Part shown: piece after piece, positions 24,430-38,497 of the stretch
How positions within the stretch are numbered: the first letter of the stretch is position 1
Layout of the letters: each line of letters begins with the position of its first letter
DNA from: Octopus sinensis
Taxonomy: Eukaryota
Direction of reading: 5' to 3'
Assembly (NCBI RefSeq): GCF_006345805.1
Contig: NC_042997.1
Span: 134,168,001 to 134,232,000 of the forward strand
DNA: 64,000 nt
The notes under the pieces: model-generated
What the model was told of the DNA's origin: nothing
What the model saw: only the letters and a program-made list of their open reading frames with translations
Databases searched by the model: none
Position numbers and translations under genes: made by a program

Positions 24430-27400
24430 GGACGTGCTGTCACCTCAGCTCCGAAGGTAATCGTTTATTCTGACTATTTATAGCCCATATTTTGTGTACA
24501 TTTTTATAAATAAGGTGTGTAAGGCACCCAACTTTCGTTTGAGTGCTTTTCCAAGGGAGGAATTCGCCCCTAGGGGCAGTTTCATCCCTATTTAATTTGT
24601 GTATTTTTCTTCTAGACATTAAAAAATGTCGAGAAATATCATTGTAGAACGCTGGTCGCGTTCCTTTATGGACCAGCATTTTCCTAGTCTGGAAACGCTA
24701 GGAGAAAAAAAGAACTTATGCACGCAAAGTGCAAACCTGAGTGACGTGGTAGTAAACGCTGCAACCACTTACGGTAACAGCCCTGTCACCACCATCACCA
24801 CCACTAACAACAACAACAACAAGACTACTACTGCTACAACCACCACCTCCACCTCTACCACCACCATCACCACCACCACCACCACCACCACCACCAACAT
24901 AAATGATAAAAATGAAACTCACACGAATACTGTTAACAAAAACAACAACAACAAGAACAATAATAAAAATGAAATAAATATCTCACTATCTAATAGTGAA
25001 TATGTTAATATAAAAGAATCAACAACACCAGTAAATTTCGCTGGCACTCTGCGTCAGAAAAAAGAAATAGTAAAATTTACGAATGAAGAGTTAATAGAAA
25101 CGAGAGCACTCTTTACAACACAAGGGCAGGATTTAGTGCTGCATACACCCCAACACATAAAGAAACAAATAGAAAATAAGACAATTATATATAAATTTAT
25201 AAGAAAAAACAAAAAACAAAATGAACAGATTACAAAAACGGACATAGAAAAGTGTTTAAAAAGCATAATGAAAAAAAAAAAGAATATATAAACTGGGGTC
25301 CCCAGTTTAATACAGTGGTGGTCCGCTCTACGGAGTCTTTGCAAAATGATGAAATCATCATGGTACCATATTACAAAGGCCAGAGAGTGAGTAGAATTAG
25401 CATTAAAAATGTACCCCCCGAGATAGCTAACAAATGGATAACAAGGGCAATCTGTTACCATTTGAAAAAGATAAATATATTAGAAACCGCCGTGTACAAA
25501 AACGGCAATTGGGGTGGTAAAACAATAGTAGTGACCATCCAGATTGAGGGGTCCTCTATCGAGAACCTACCTGATAGGATCCATTTAGAAAATGGGCAAA
25601 GCCTATATGTTGTAGCAGAAGGCAAAAAGCCTAGATGCTACAACTGTGGTAGCCCAGAACATTTAATTGCCAAATGCGCTCTGGCACAGAAAAAAGAAGA
25701 AAGAACAAATCAGAAAACCCGTTGCCAACACCAACACCAACACCAACACACTCAATTATGGAACAATGCCAAGAAAACAACAAACCAGCAAACAACCCCA
25801 ACAACATCACCAAGAAAAGAAACAGTACCAACACAATCACCGTTGACGTCGCAACCAATTCAACATACTGAACCAAAAGGTAGACCAACACCAACACCGA
25901 GGATGATAATTAAAAAGACAGAAAACAGTGACGAGAAGACAAATTCTACCCCTAACACCACAACAACACAAACACCGCACAAAACATCAACAATTTCTAC
26001 AAGCATACATATTAACGCAAATGCTTTGCCTTTACGCCCTTCTGATTCGTCGGACGTCGAAATTTCGACGGAATGGCAAATAGCCACAGGGGGTAAAAGG
26101 AAAAGATAAACCCACCAAACCCCACCAAACAAGGAAGTAAAGCAGGGAGATATTTAACTGCCGAACATGGGTGGTAGAGGTACCGCGGTGCTTTTTCGAA
26201 AGAGTCTAAATGTAAAAGGAAGAACAATATTCCTAGACCCGGAGGGTAGTCTGGTTGTCTTGGACGTGGATGGCAGAAATGGGTGTGCATTCCGTCTGAT
26301 GGCAGTTTATGCACCGTCCTTACCGGGTGGGGCGGATTTCTTCAGACGTCTAGAAGTTTTCCCGGGTACGTCTAGACTTTTACTGTTAGTAGGGGATTGG
26401 AACGCTACCTTGGACACGCATCTAGATTATGTGGGAATGGATAGGAATAGAAGGGGGTGTAAGTGCCTCAAAGACCTACTCAGACGTTTCCATTTGTCTG
26501 ACAGGTTCCGACTCGACCATGCGAACGTGCCAATGCGGACTTGGACAAACCGTGTCGGATCGTCGAGATCTTATCTAGATAGAATTCTATGCAGGACAGC
26601 GGATAGGGATAGTGTAGGATGTCTACAATTTAAAATAATCAGCTACACAGATCACAAATTTGTGACGTGTACGCTCGACTTAGATAAGACATATAGACAG
26701 GATCCCGGTTACTGGAAACTGAACACGTCGCTCTTAGCGCGACAGGTTTACGGGAACCGGATTAGCGAGTTAATTAAGAGGGCGCTGACGGGAGCCGTCG
26801 TTAACAACCGCTGGTGGTTCGCCCTGAAAATGGCAATAAAATCGAAATCAATTAGGTTTAGCAAGGAATTAGCGATAGATCGAAACAGAGTAGAGGGAGA
26901 CCTAGTTAAGAAACTAGAAGAGGCACTTACCACTGGCAGCGCAACCAACGTACTGGCTGCGAGGATGGCCCTCGACCAACACCTCAACACCAAGCACGAA
27001 GGTTGCGTCGTCAGAGCTAAAATGCGTGCCTTAAGGAACGAAGGGATCGAAGCTGCGCGAGAGGCCCGGGTAGCGGAGGCGCAGCGTGGCAACAGAACCA
27101 CCATTCGGTCTCTAATAGATCAACAGGGATGCAGTTTACTCGAACCCGAAAGGATGTGTGAGGCCTTTCAACAGCAATTTGCTCGACTGTTAGGTGCGAG
27201 TGGTGGGTCGGAACGCGGGATGGATTTCAGTGCCTACCTGACCGACCTGCCGCAGCTCTCGGCAAGAGAAGCGGAGTGTTGGGAAAGTCCCATCACAGCC
27301 GCTGACGTGCGGGATTCGATGGCGGGCTGCGCGAGGGATAAGTCGCCTGGATTGGATGGTTTACCCTATGAGCTGTATTGTTAAATGCCAGACTTGTTTG

Positions 27401-29347
27401 GCGACCTCTTGGCATCAGTCTACTGCAACTGGCAACAAAACGGATGAATCCCCGGTTTCGTGAGCCAAGGTGCAGTGACGTTGCTGAAGAAAGACCCAAA
27501 ATAGGGGAATTTTATAGATAATTTCAGGCCCAGCACTCTGCTCAACGCAGATTTGAAAATTTTGGCCAAAGTAATAGCCGAGAGGTTAGCGCTTGTCATT
27601 GATAAACTGGTCGACAGGGCGCAAACATGCGACACTGAGCGGCATCCCAAGGGAACTGGGTTGCGTAACGAGCTTGTCGGCATATGCGGACGATGTCACC
27701 GTCATAGCGTCGAGCGACAAACACATCCAGATGATAGGCGAGACACTAAGAAAATACGAAACGGTGACAGGAGCGAAGATTAACCTGGAAAAGTCAGTGG
27801 GTTTGCTACTCGGCACCTGGAGAAGCAAGCCCATGCCGTCCGACTGCGGCTCAGTAGTGGGACGCTGGACGGACGGAACGGTTAAATTGCTCGGGGACTG
27901 GTTCAGTCCGGACCTCCAAATGGATAAGAACTGGGACGAGATCACGAGTAGAGTGGTCGCTCTCAGCCAAACATGGGCCGAGAGAAATCTGTCTCTAAAA
28001 GGCCGGGCGGAGGTGGCGAACGCGTACATCGCATCCGTCATCGATTACCGCCTGACCGTCGTACCTTGTCCCGACGCCACCATCACCAAACTGGAACGCA
28101 TACTCTTCCGCTTCCTGTGGAAGGGTGGCGTTCCGATGGTGAGGAAGTCCATTTGCTGTCAACATCCGTTGAATGGAGGACTGGGCATGCCGTGGTTGAT
28201 GATGAGCAGGCATGCGCTGAGACTGCGACATCTCTGGAACTTCATCGACGACGGTGAACAGGTGTGGGCGCCATTCGTGAGGCGCGCCTTCCCGCAGCTC
28301 GTCTCACTGACCGAACTGCAAACGTGGATCAAGAAGAGACCGAAACTGAGCGATTGGCACCGAGAGTGTCGCCAAGCTCTACAGCAGCTCTGCCGACCGG
28401 GGTCAAACTTGTGCAACTTACAAACGACTAAAGCGTTCTATAGAGGACTAGTGGAGGGGAGGTCCGACGACACACTCGGGGCAAACCTGGGCGTCGACGA
28501 GAAATTCCTAACCCGCCTGTTCAGGACGACGTTCGGGCCGGGGCCTATGGATAACTTTCAGAAATCCCTGGCTTGGCAGTGCTATCGAGACGCACTACCT
28601 GTTCGAGAGAAGAGCTACAGGCACGGTACGAAAACCATCACCGGACCGACCTGCCCGAGATGCGGTCAGAGTGACGAAACCGTTCTGCACGCACTAGTGC
28701 AGTGTCCAGATATTTCAGAGCTGTGGACCTTCATCGAACAGCTGTTGTCACGTGTAGGTCAGGACCGCCTATCGGCCGAGTCTATCGTGAATATTGTTCC
28801 ACAACCTTCCTTTAAACGGGAAGCAAAACGGTTTTCGTTACGCTGATGGCTATGGCGAAATGTGTGGTGGACGCGTTTGAAAGGATTGCAAACAAACACC
28901 TTCCTCTCTGGTCAGTCTCTCGTCAACTTTTTCAAGTACCACTTGAAAAGGAGGATGAGAATAGAGAGGAAGGCTTCGTCGAACGAATGTTTTAATAAAA
29001 AGTGGGTAAAAGTGGCAAAAATGGTCAGTATGAAAGACGACACTATTTTAAGCATAAATCTGTAACCAAAAGAGACAACGAGAAGTAAGGCGACTTACTC
29101 ATGTGTACATTTTCGAACTGTCTGAGGTGACCTTGGTCTTTTTTGTAGGTTTTTCTTTCTAAGGCTACACCTAAACTGTGAACTTTATATATATATATTG
29201 CTTTTTTTATACACCACACAAACCACAGATCCCTATTGATCAAACGTTTTTTTTGTGCCCCACCCATCCCACCTCGAAAAGAAAAAATTCTACATTGTAT
29301 TTCGTCCATTTTCATTGTGTTTAGCCCTGTGTGGCTACAATAAAATG

Positions 29348-29349
<2 letters not shown>
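24430..29349 (+). mobile_element. Near full-length Tx1/L1-clade LINE, inactivated (ORF1 24626-26109 frameshifted; ORF2 ~26167-29065 with stops and an internal RT deletion)
   Basis: ORF1 CCHC knuckle CYNCGSPEHLIAKC; APE motifs GDWNATL, SYLDRI, TDHK, GYWKLN; RT SPGLDGLP, YADDV; C-terminal CPRCG...ETVLHALVQC; AATAAA near 29340. Confidence 0.88.
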
Positions 29350-29414
<65 letters not shown>

Positions 29415-29426
29415 CATGCATACATG

Positions 29427-29457
<31 letters not shown>

Positions 29458-29462
29458 GCACG

Positions 29463-29513
<51 letters not shown>

Positions 29514-30089
29514 GCATATTACATCGAACAATGCGAGCATGGAAAGTCACATTCTTAAGATTATAAACATGGAAAAGTACAGGACGAGTTATTACACCTG
29601 CAAAAGTATAGGACAAGCTATTATTTCTAGTAAAGCAAAGAATAAGAAACTTTTTATTTAAACTGCTGCAGCAAAGAATCCCAGTTCTTCTAATTTACCA
29701 CTCTTTGCAGTTCTCATCTTTTTAATTTATTGTACAAAACTGTTCAGCTAATTTGTAGGCATTTAAATTTTAAAATTTTGAAGATACCTATATCGTTTTT
29801 CATAATTTAAGTATGGCTATATAGGGGTACAATTTAGGCTTATATAAAGGTAATTATAGAGTATTGAAAAAGATTAGGTAGAGTAGAAACATTATAGAAA
29901 CGGATGTGAAAATAGCTTATTCACTAAAGTCATGATGAAATCCGTATCCAACTTGGTAACTTCGATAGATGCGATTTATGAAACTTATGCAATAATTCTA
30001 GAAATTACAAATTATTTACTCAATTAGTTTATGTTTTTAATCAGTGATACCTAGTGTTGACATAAAATTAATTTTGCAGGGTGTGCTAT

Positions 30090-30600
30090 TTATACATTGA
30101 TTTTAAAACTAAGAGGTATATTTTAAGAATTAAAAACTCACGATCAATAAAGTGTTACTTTCTAAAATATTTGAAGGTACGGGTAGTACTATGTACACAT
30201 GATACTCTAAGGTCTAATCGATTATTTACCAGGTTTACATTATCTTTATGTTTAAAAATTACATAAATTTCCATAGAGCAGAGCTCGCGCCCATATCTGC
30301 TATTTCTATAAGGCTGTGCTGTTCTTACTATGTCCCATTTGAGGCTAAATCTAATTTTCCTTTGATTTCCAAATCTTACTAGATAATAGTGTGCAATTTG
30401 CCTTATGCTGAAGTTTAAAGGCTGGTACATGATTATATATACGCTGTTTCAAATTTATCGAACAACCGAAGTAAATATAATTATTATTTGAAGTTGCTAT
30501 TGTGCATTTATATACTATGTTCTGGGCCATACATCGCCCCAATAACGGACAGCGGGACTTAACATTAGTATAATTTTACCCCAAATCTCCAAGAGGATAA
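30090..30600 (-). mobile_element. Penelope-like GIY-YIG fragment
   Basis: NIVYKCTI...YIYFGCSINLKQRIYNH...LLSSKIWKSKEN. Confidence 0.65.
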
Positions 30601-30777
30601 GGAGATAGACAAAGAATATGTTTTACCAACAGCATCACAGTTGTAACAGAAATTTGTTTCAAGAAGACACTGCTTTTCACTGATTTTTCTGTTATTAAGT
30701 TTTAATTATGAGCGGGGCGGGGAAGTTTTTATTTTATAGACTAGTTTATCAAATCAGAGAAGACAAAGGGTAGCCTG

Positions 30778-30852
<75 letters not shown>

Positions 30853-31021
30853 GCGCAGGAGTGGCTATGTGATAAGTAGCTTACTTACCAGCCACATAGT
30901 TCCAGGTTCAGTCCCACTGCGGGGTACCTTGGGCAAGTGTCTTCTACTCTAGCTATAGTCTCGGGCCAACCAAAGCCCTGTGAGTGGATTTGGTATACGA
31001 AAACTGAAAGAATCCTATATC

Positions 31022-31090
<69 letters not shown>

Positions 31091-31095
31091 TATAT

Positions 31096-31711
31096 AAATT
31101 AATTGTTATCGCCATATTAATATGTCGGACTGGCAGTGTGAAGCGGCTGACCTCCCTTGTTCGAAGGTTATAATGGATACAGATCGTGTATCAATAGCTA
31201 TCTTGATGGCGGTGGCCTCATGGAGCTGACCATGGCAGCGATTATTCTTATATCTATAAGAATGCCGTATTAATATGGCGATAACAATTCATTTCCAGTA
31301 AACGCTGCCATAATCTCTTTTATAGAGACTTAGTAATTTTAATATTTCTATTATTGAAAACAAGTGGATGTATTCCACTGAAACTAGGTAAATATAAGCC
31401 TTCGAACAGAGACGTCAGTGGCGACACCTGCGGGTCTGACTGCGCTACATTGACAAGGGGCAATACCCCGAAACGTGTCTGTAGCTGTCAGACTGGCAGT
31501 GTGAAGCGGCTGACCTCCCTTGTTCGAAGGTTATAATGGATACAGATCGTGTATCAATAGCTATCTTGATGGCGGTGGCCTCATGGAGCTGACCATGGCA
31601 GCGATTATTCTTATATCTATAAGAATGCCATATTAATATGGCGATAACAATTAATTTCCAGTAAACGCTGCCATAATCTCTTTTATAGAGACTTAGTAAT
31701 TTTAATATTTG

Positions 31712-31715
<4 letters not shown>
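31096..31715 (+). mobile_element. Retrozyme-like tandem element, 363-bp unit 1.6x (31123.. and 31486..) with a short inverted 5' fragment (31096-31122)
   Basis: ~225-bp direct repeat; hammerhead-shaped motif at 31444-31485 at the unit junction. Confidence 0.55.
31444..31485 (+). ncRNA. Degenerate type I hammerhead fold
   Basis: GCTACA TTGACAA GGGG-CAATA-CCCC GAAAC GT GTC TGTAGC; stems I and II perfect, core has two changes from CTGACGA. Confidence 0.55.
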
Positions 31716-31759
<44 letters not shown>

Positions 31760-31793
31760 CTCCGTCTTCTCTTCTCTGGATCTGTCCTCCTAT

Positions 31794-31828
31794 GTTTCTG
31801 ACGAAGAGCTCCGCTCGAAACGTAAAAC
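31794..31828 (+). ncRNA. Minimal type I hammerhead in a Penelope-type terminal repeat (31757-31930)
   Basis: GTTT CTGACGA A GAGC-TCC-GCTC GAAAC GTA AAAC; palindromic ACGT in place of stem III. Confidence 0.6.
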
Positions 31829-31923
31829 CCTCCTTCTTCCCTTCCTTCCTGAGCGTCCAATAATACTATATTTGTTCCACGTCCTCGCGTTGTTGTTTTC
31901 TCTTTGTGTTTTCATGTTTGGAT

Positions 31924-31975
<52 letters not shown>

Positions 31976-31979
31976 CATA

Positions 31980-33790
31980 TAATCAAAATAAGCAACAGGA
32001 TATTAAGAAGTGATGCAGTACGACCGTTTCAAGCGGCTCCATTTAATTGAACAATGCAATGATTATGGAATACTGGAAAGATAAGCATGTTATCTATATA
32101 TTAATTATAAACCAAGAATCAGAACAAAATAAAGATGTGTACAGATACACACAACTATTCATCTATGTGCATACATGCACACATATACAAATATTTATAC
32201 GTTTATATGGATATAATATAACCATCTAGTATAGACTTAAATAACTAAAAAGTATCTATTTACAAACAAGAAAGATAACAATTTATAAGAGATAAGAGGT
32301 TAATAGGTTATGCACATATATGCATATACACATATACAAATATTTATATGTTTGTATGGATATAGTATAACCATCTCGCATAGACCTAGTAGCTGAAAAA
32401 TCTCTATTTAAGAACAGTAGCAACTTTTAGGGATAAAAGGTTAATAGGTAAGGATATCAAAGTAAGAAAACAAAATAATACGAATTTATTGAAAATGATA
32501 AGAAATATATAAAACATATATTTAAAGAGACAGGGTATTAAATTTTGAGGTAGGGAAGAGATAAAGGTAAGCCTAAAAGAGGGGTTGGTAGGTATGGTTG
32601 TAGTGAGGGCAGTTGGAGGTATTCCGACCGAAGAGATTTTATAAGTTGCAATGTTACAGGTACTATTACATATATGATTTTATAGTTTCTAGGGTGTATA
32701 TAATTAGGAGACTTACTTACATAAAAGCCGTTACAAATATACATAATATGATAAATAGGGTAGAACATCATAGAAATGAACAAATAAATTAATCACCAAA
32801 TGCATGATGAAATCAGACTAACTTGGCAGGAATTTTCATGGGATAGTAATTACATATAGCACACCACATACCATAACATATAGCTTATAAAAATCCAATT
32901 TAATTCACCATATAACTCAATATCCCATGATTTTATAATATACAGTACTAGAGGGTAAGTTTACAACAGATACGACACCAAAATTAATTTCCACCAGTAA
33001 AGTTCAAGTATGGCACCTGTAAACGCTAATTTCGAAAATATCTAAATGTACGGGTGACGCTATGTACGCATGACACCCTTAGGTCTCATCTATTATTAAT
33101 CCCTTTGTTCATGTCCCTATACTTAAAAATCTCATAGAGCACAGCTCACACCCGTATCGACTATGTCTAAAAGGCTGCATTTCCCGCATTATAACCCATT
33201 TAAGGCTTAATTCGATCCCACTTTCCTTCAGTTCCCAAATCTTGCTAGACAAGGACGTACAATTGGCTTTATGTTTGGGTCTAAAAGATGAAAAATGGTT
33301 ATTGATAGGTTTTTTTGATATTTATCGAACATCCTATTTATATAAAGTTACCAACTTCAGTTATGATTGTACATTTATAAATTACGTTTTGGATTAGACA
33401 TCGGCCTAATAACGAACAGTGAGATTTAACTCTACAATTATAACCAGAAGAATTACTACTATTAATATTATTGATATTCCTATCATTATTATTATCACTA
33501 TTATTATTACTCCTACTCCTACTATCATATGTGTTATTTCTGTTATTATTTATACTTCCTTCAACTGTAGATCATTCAAATTCATCTCAGCATCAACAGG
33601 CGATGTGTCAGTAATCTTTGCGCTAGTATAAACGTCGGAGTTACAGTCTATATTGTATATATTAGATGTGTTAATACTGCTGTTTCTAATTCCTACATCA
33701 CTATTAATATTATTCTCATTGTAGGGGTTTAAGCTAGCATTGACAGTAATATTTTTTATTACTATTAACACCTCTTGTTGATTTTATATT
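31980..33790 (-). mobile_element. Decayed Penelope-like element
   Basis: 33080-33430 resembles the 30090-30600 GIY-YIG region at nucleotide level; boundaries approximate. Confidence 0.5.
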
Positions 33791-33934
33791 CTTTGTATTT
33801 AACCTTGCTAAAATGGTACCCATATTGGGAAAGGAAGAATACGAAATTCTAACTGTCTTATGAGAAAAAATTCCATTATATATATATATGTATACACAAC
33901 ACGCACACACACACATACACACACACACACACAT

Positions 33935-33965
<31 letters not shown>

Positions 33966-34189
33966 CAGACAAGTGATAGCAAATAAAATGTACCAACATT
34001 TTTTATGTAAATATTGATAAAATTGTTTCGATACATACTTACACCTACAGTGCTATGGTGAGATATTGTGAAATCATCATATGTATGTATGTATGTATGT
34101 ATGTTTGTATGTATGTATGTTTGTATGTATGTATGTATGTATTTATGTATGTATGTATGTATGTATGTATGTATCTATCTGTGTGTCTG

Positions 34190-34285
<96 letters not shown>

Positions 34286-35079
34286 CATATTCACTTGCAT
34301 GCATACAATCACACTTATTTCCCTTGATTCATTAGGGTGCAATAAATTATAGGGAGCTATAAATTTTTTCCCCTCTGTACTACTAATTCCCATCTAGATC
34401 TCATTGTAGCGTCCCAAACTTTCTATCGTAAGCCCCTATAACTGATAATAATAAAAGAGTTTATGTCACCCCCACCCAACCTTTTTTCTGGGCATTTACC
34501 ACTATCTCAATGACTTACCCTGAGATTTGTTCTTTTAAGTGGTCAAGGGAATCTACAGCCATAGAGAATTAGGGTTTGGGAGAATATCTAACAATATTAA
34601 TTTATGACCAGCAACTAGAATTTAACTGTCAACTCCTAGTGTCTTAATATTAGCTGCATTAGATCGTTTTATGACGTTAAGGGGATAGATAAAAATTATA
34701 GCTAAATTACCAATCTCACGAACCCCACTGTGTTTCCACTTCTGCTATTCCAAAATTTTAGTTGTTTCTATTAAATCTTATTCTGCAACATTAGTAGCAG
34801 CATGGAATCCTTTCCTTCTCTAGCTCTGATGAAATATTTGCTAAAAATTATAATAGCATACTCTGCCTGTTGAAAATTTTTATTTTGCAACTGACGATAG
34901 TGCTGTATTTCAAATTGATGTAATACTTGCATTGTTCGATTAAATGGACCCGCCTGAAACGGCAGTATAGCATTAATGTCTTGGCATCCTTGTTACTTAT
35001 TTTCTTTATATATATGTATATGTATATGTATATGAATAAATAAATGGAGTTTAACGCAAGTATAAATCAAATATTTTTA

Positions 35080-35163
35080 CTTTCGACACATGTTTCGAAA
35101 ATTCCACTGATACTATTCAAAAGAATAAATGGTATATACAATGCAATCTTCTCTTCAGGAAAG
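35080..35163 (-). ncRNA. Type I hammerhead ribozyme fold
   Basis: Minus strand: CTTTC CTGAAGA GAAGA...TTTTC GAAAC ATGT GTC GAAAG. Confidence 0.65.
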
Positions 35164-36415
35164 TAAAAAAAACGAAACTCGTCAATAAGACATTTTAGCA
35201 AAAAATGATGGATTCGTATAGTGATTAAATGAACGCTATTAATATTGTTAAAAAAAACATGGTATAACGTCAGAAGTAGCTTACAGAAAGAGTAGGGATA
35301 TTAATAGTGAATGTTAAATATAAAGGAAATTAATGTTTAAATTATATATAATGATAGAGATTACTTATATGCACTAAAGGTGTGTAAAAATACACTAATC
35401 TCTCTATATATATATATATAAATAAATGCGCCCTTTTAAAGCCTATCTAAGATCATGTACCCGATTTCCCTGTTTCAATGGCGTATGTGTTCCCACAGTC
35501 CATCACAGCGTTACTCATTTTTGCCAGCTGAGTGACGCTGTTCTCTGGTTTGCTATCTTTGGCCAAACCGTCCATACCAGCATGGAAAACGGACGTTAAA
35601 TGATGATGATGGCAATGACGATGATGATAATGACACACACACACACACATACACACACACACACACACACACATGCACACAAGCACACACACATGTATAG
35701 GTGTAAATGTAAGGAGAAGCAAATTTGGCAAATCGATATACAAAATAATATTAAATACATTTAATACAAAAAGTGTACATATGTATATATATGAAAAAGT
35801 TCGACTTACATTGAATAGAAATGATATCAGAAACTAAATGTGTTGAATAAGAGTTTTGCGAGTACAGCAACTATTTCTAGGAGCATGCTGGTCCAAAATA
35901 ATTAGAAGTTTTACATTTCAGGTGTTGACAGAATGGAGTTTAAAGATGGAATGATTTTGTGGAGAGCTAAGTGTATTAGAAAGAGAAATTGTGGGGCTAT
36001 TTAGAGAGAGGGTAGTGGAAGGAGAAAATATATTTCAGAGTTTAGAAGTGGAAGGTGGGAGGAAGAGGGAAGCAATGTGGTAGTATGTGAATGGTAACCT
36101 TTGTGTTAGTTTGTGTGAAGGCTGTAGAGTTAAAGTTTGAGATAGCGAAAATGGGAATTATTTGAAGGAAATAAGTTACCTAATCTACCTCTATCAAAAA
36201 GTAGTTTTATGTACTTTTTGAAGGGGGCGATGGTGGGGAGGCTAAGAGAGAAGTGAGAAGTAGTGGATTAAAAAAATTAGGAAGAAATATAAATTCATGT
36301 ACACTTGCACACATTTGGGCAGTGACATATTCTGCTGGAATCTATCCAGCCCGTGAACATTCTTGACCTGTAAATAATAAAATATTTAAATAAAACTTAT
36401 GTAATACTTTAAAAA

Positions 36416-36720
36416 GTGGAGGCGCAATGGCCTAGTGGTTAGGGCAGCGGCCTCGCGGTCGGAGGATCGCGTTTTCGATTCCCAGACCGGGCGTTATGTG
36501 TGTTTATTGAGCGAAAACACCTAAAAGCTCCATGTACCCCGGCAGGGGGTGGTGGCGACCCCTGTTGTACTCCTTCGCCCCAACTTTCTCTCACTCTTCA
36601 TGTTTCTTGAGTAACGCTGCGATAGACTGGCGTTCAGTCCAGCTTGGGCGAACACATACGCCATAGAAACCGGGAAACCGGGCTCATGAGCCTGGCTAGG
36701 CTTGAAAAGGGTGCAAAGAA
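36416..36720 (+). mobile_element. tRNA-derived SINE (family B)
   Basis: GGAGGCGCAATGGCCTAGTGGTTAGG...TTCGATTCC head. Confidence 0.75.
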
Positions 36721-37119
36721 AAAATACTTCAAAAATAAATCCAATTCCACATTATCCGTGTTCAATATTACAGAATACTAATTATTTGTTTTGTTTCTGC
36801 GTAAGTGCTCTAAGTTTTTAAGACGTTTGCAATCACAACCGGCAGCGATATCACGAACGTTATGAAAACAAGGAAGTCGTAGTCATTTTACAACGATCCT
36901 TTGTCTCTCCTGAGGTAAGAGAAGCGGAAATAATTATAGGCATTTACGATAGAACAGTGACTTGGAATTTAACATATCTCATACACACTGGAAATAGAAC
37001 AGGATCGACTAGTGCATTGTTAATATTGCTATGAAATTATATGTACAATATGAAAAATCCAGAAAGTGCAAGCGCCCATTTAACATTATATTAAAACAAA
37101 CTGATTTAATAGATTTGAT

Positions 37120-37510
37120 TTTGCAATCAGATTATTCTTAGTACAAAACGTCAAAAGAGCTACTCCATTTCTATTGCATTTTCCAATCCCATGTCGACCT
37201 AAAATAGGCCGTGAAACATAGTCCTTTCCAACTCTTGTATTGAAATCTCCCAATATGACCAGCTTGTCAGAAATTGGTACTATACTCAATAATCGTGCTA
37301 GATCGTCATAAAATTGTTAGGTCGCACTTGGATGCTACTGGTAACATGTAATCCAGTACAACCTGTCGCATGGTCGGATCGTCGGCGACTAAACCGGAAC
37401 CCCCACCAGGCTTGCTTGGTGAGAAGGGTGTTGCTGGACACCCTGCGGGAGGAAAAATAAGACCTGTCAAAGGGCGGATGAACTCCTGAACAGTCAACGC
37501 CCATCCAACA
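37120..37510 (-). mobile_element. RTE-clade LINE 5'/endonuclease fragment
   Basis: DKLVILGDFNTRVGKD...GRHGIGKCNRNG..LL.FC..NNL. Confidence 0.7.
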
Positions 37511-37576
37511 AAATGTTTGTAAATATGTGTATGTCTTTTTTATATATATATGTGTATATATGTATAATTTTACTGC

Positions 37577-37611
<35 letters not shown>

Positions 37612-37759
37612 ATATATATTATACCTTTAATTACATGTCTTCTACTTTACTTTATACAATATTATCTATATGTAATTCATTTTCACACATCGTATCTTTT
37701 TTATCTTTTACTTTTTTATATGTATGTATGTATATATATATATATATATGTATATTTTA

Positions 37760-37794
<35 letters not shown>

Positions 37795-37890
37795 TTATAT
37801 TTATTTCTTATCTTTTACTTTTTTATATTTATATATAATTCTTATTTACAATTACAAATCACATATCGTACTTTTTCTGTGTTACTTTTG

Positions 37891-37924
<34 letters not shown>

Positions 37925-37926
<2 letters not shown>

Positions 37927-38417
37927 GAACACAGACAAGTGAACGAACCAGTGGACTTCTTTGCCGCCTCACCTATAACCAGCGAGGCGGTTACAATAGA
38001 ATGTATTGACATTAGCGAAAAAGATGTCCTACTAGCCATAGATGAAGTGGACACAAACTCAGCTGCTGGTCCAGACGGTTTCCCAGCCATCCTCCTCAAA
38101 GCGTGTAAGCATGCCCTGGCAAAACCCCTCAAGATTCTCTTACAGAGCTTACTTGCGAATTGCAAACTGCCAAGCAAGCTGAAGGAGGGAATAATATGCC
38201 CAATACATAAAGAGGGAAGTGGAGCAGATGCCAAAAACTATAGGCCTATCTCTCTGACTTCACACATCAGCAAAGTCATGGAACGGATAGTCAGAAAGAA
38301 ACTAATCGCATTCCTTGAGGAAAATAACTTGCTGAGTAATACCCAGCATGGTTTTCGACCAGGTAGGAGCTACCTGACCCAGCTCTTACAGCATGGCCGC
38401 AGCTCTGAGCTGAAACT

Positions 38418-38420
<3 letters not shown>
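37925..38420 (+). mobile_element. CR1/L2-group LINE RT fragment
   Basis: SAAGPDGFPAILLK...NYRPISLTSHISKVMERIV...QHGFRPGRS.LTQLL. Confidence 0.82.
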
Positions 38421-38497
<77 letters not shown>

